64,000 nt of DNA, taken from NCBI GenBank assembly GCA_963835065.1, contig CAWIEK010000053.1, positions 256,001 to 320,000 on the forward strand. Direction: 5' to 3'. The position numbers were made by a program, and so were the translations under genes. Positions 62,905 through 64,000 of this stretch are shown here, in pieces. How positions within the stretch are numbered: the first letter of the stretch is position 1; every line of letters begins with the position of its first letter. The DNA comes from an uncultured Chthonomonadaceae bacterium. Lineage in GTDB: Bacteria; Armatimonadota; Chthonomonadetes; Chthonomonadales; Chthonomonadaceae. Under the pieces are notes generated by a model. That model was not told where the DNA came from and did not search any database. It saw nothing but the letters and a program-made list of their open reading frames with translations.

Positions 62905-64000
62905 CTAATGCCCGGCGTGGTTCAGCAGGGGCGAACCGAGGGGAACACCCTGCGGCAAAAGTTGGTACTGCGTGGTGCGGCGCATGGGCGCGTACCCGGC
63001 TTCGCGGATAAGGCGCTCCATTTCCTCAATCGGCATCGTGAACGCGCAGCCCGCAGACGACACGACGTTTTCTTCCATCATGGTGCTGCCGAAATCGTTC
63101 AGGCCGTAGCCGAGGGCAATCTGCGCCACTTTTGGCCCCTGCGTCACCCAACTGGCCTGCATGTGGGGAATGTTGTCCAGCATCAGGCGAGCAACGGCGA
63201 CCGTGCGCAGATAATCGAAAGCGGACGCCCGCTCGATGCTCAGTTCGGTTCCGTCCGGCTGAAACGACCAGGGGATGAACGCGGTAAACCCGCCCGTCTC
63301 GTCCTGCAATTCACGCGAACGGACGAGATGCTCGATTCGGTCTTCGGATGTGTCCACGCTGCCATACATCATGGTCACGGTTGTCTTCAAGCCCGCTTTG
63401 TGCGCTTCCCGCATACAATTGAGCCACGCATCCGCGGTGTCTTTGTAGGGCGAAATTTCCTGACGGACGCGATCTGTCAGGATTTCCGCGCCGCCGCCGG
63501 GTACGCTGTCCAGTCCCGCCGCTTTCAGGCGCGCGAACATTTCCGACTGCGACAATTTGCTGATGTTGGCGATATAAATCAGTTCCGCCGGGGAAAACGC
63601 ATGGAGAATCACGCCATACTGCCCGAATTTGGCCTTGATGCTGTGCAGCAAATCCTCGTACCATTCGATTTTCAGTTTGGGGTTGAGGCCGCCCTGCATC
63701 AGAATCTCAATGCCGCCCACATCCACCATCTGCTGAACTTTGTCGAAAATCTGTTCTTTGGAAAGCGTGTAGCCTTCCGCATGGCCCGGTACGCGGTAGA
63801 ACGCGCAGAACTTGCAGCGCACCCAGCAGACATTGGTGTAGTTGACGTTGCGCCCGACCACATACGTTACCAGGTGGTTGGTATCGGGATGCAGGCGTTC
63901 GCGGACATGGTTGGCGAGAAAGCCGAGTTCGGGCAAATCGTGGTGCGCGAACAGGCGCAGGCCATCCTCTGCCGTCAAGCGTTCCCCGGCAAAAACTTTG
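62905..64000 (-). CDS. mqnC: Cyclic dehypoxanthine futalosine synthase (radical SAM); start lies beyond the window
   Basis: RNVNYTNVCWVRCKFCAFYR, PGGGAEIL, FIPWSFQ, QASWVTQG, DFGSTMMEENVV. Confidence 0.9.
   Translation of the reverse strand, partial: KVFAGERLTAEDGLRLFAHHDLPELGFLANHVRERLHPDTNHLVTYVVGRNVNYTNVCWVRCKFCAFYRVPGHAEGYTLSKEQIFDKVQQMVDVGGIEILMQGGLNPKLKIEWYEDLLHSIKAKFGQYGVILHAFSPAELIYIANISKLSQSEMFARLKAAGLDSVPGGGAEILTDRVRQEISPYKDTADAWLNCMREAHKAGLKTTVTMMYGSVDTSEDRIEHLVRSRELQDETGGFTAFIPWSFQPDGTELSIERASAFDYLRTVAVARLMLDNIPHMQASWVTQGPKVAQIALGYGLNDFGSTMMEENVVSSAGCAFTMPIEEMERLIREAGYAPMRRTTQYQLLPQGVPLGSPLLNHAGH

Noticed and set aside
816..62910. CRISPR array
   Set aside because: Repeats are 7-10-mer tandems or IRs without regular repeat-spacer units; no cas genes
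1..64000. Prophage, transposase, reverse transcriptase (retron/DGR), tRNA or rRNA
   Set aside because: No such motifs recognised in the ORF track or by eye; small RNAs could be missed without tools

Overview
GC-rich bacterial chromosomal window, probably Armatimonadota (inferred from PEP-CTERM proteins, DUF1501/DUF1549-DUF1553, FGSW-type repeat protein and futalosine mqnC; not verified). Housekeeping genes: polA, hisD/B/H/A, partial mqnC, a partial M2/M3-type peptidase, and a VWA plus ABC transporter operon. Envelope and secreted proteins: three FG-GAP, two PEP-CTERM, a Wza/SLBB protein and a GH127. Accessory genes: a NotI-like/Dam-like RM pair, several TA/HEPN modules inserted inside operons, and two large ATPase-repeat signalling proteins. 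About a dozen single-base frameshifts look like assembly indels. Top observations: (1) a divergent pair, each side with a sigma28-like promoter, of a secreted subtilase with a 4x NFGWG tail and a membrane HD-GYP/GAF/GGDEF sensor, which is a candidate protease-generated peptide signal controlling c-di-GMP; (2) a two-copy ~220-bp element with a conserved ECF-sigma promoter, a sequestered SD and an 8-9 codon micro-ORF, a candidate sRNA/micropeptide family; (3) many miniature palindromic elements with tandem 7-9-mer arms that abut stop codons or insert in frame into proteins. No rRNA, tRNA, CRISPR array or transposase was seen.
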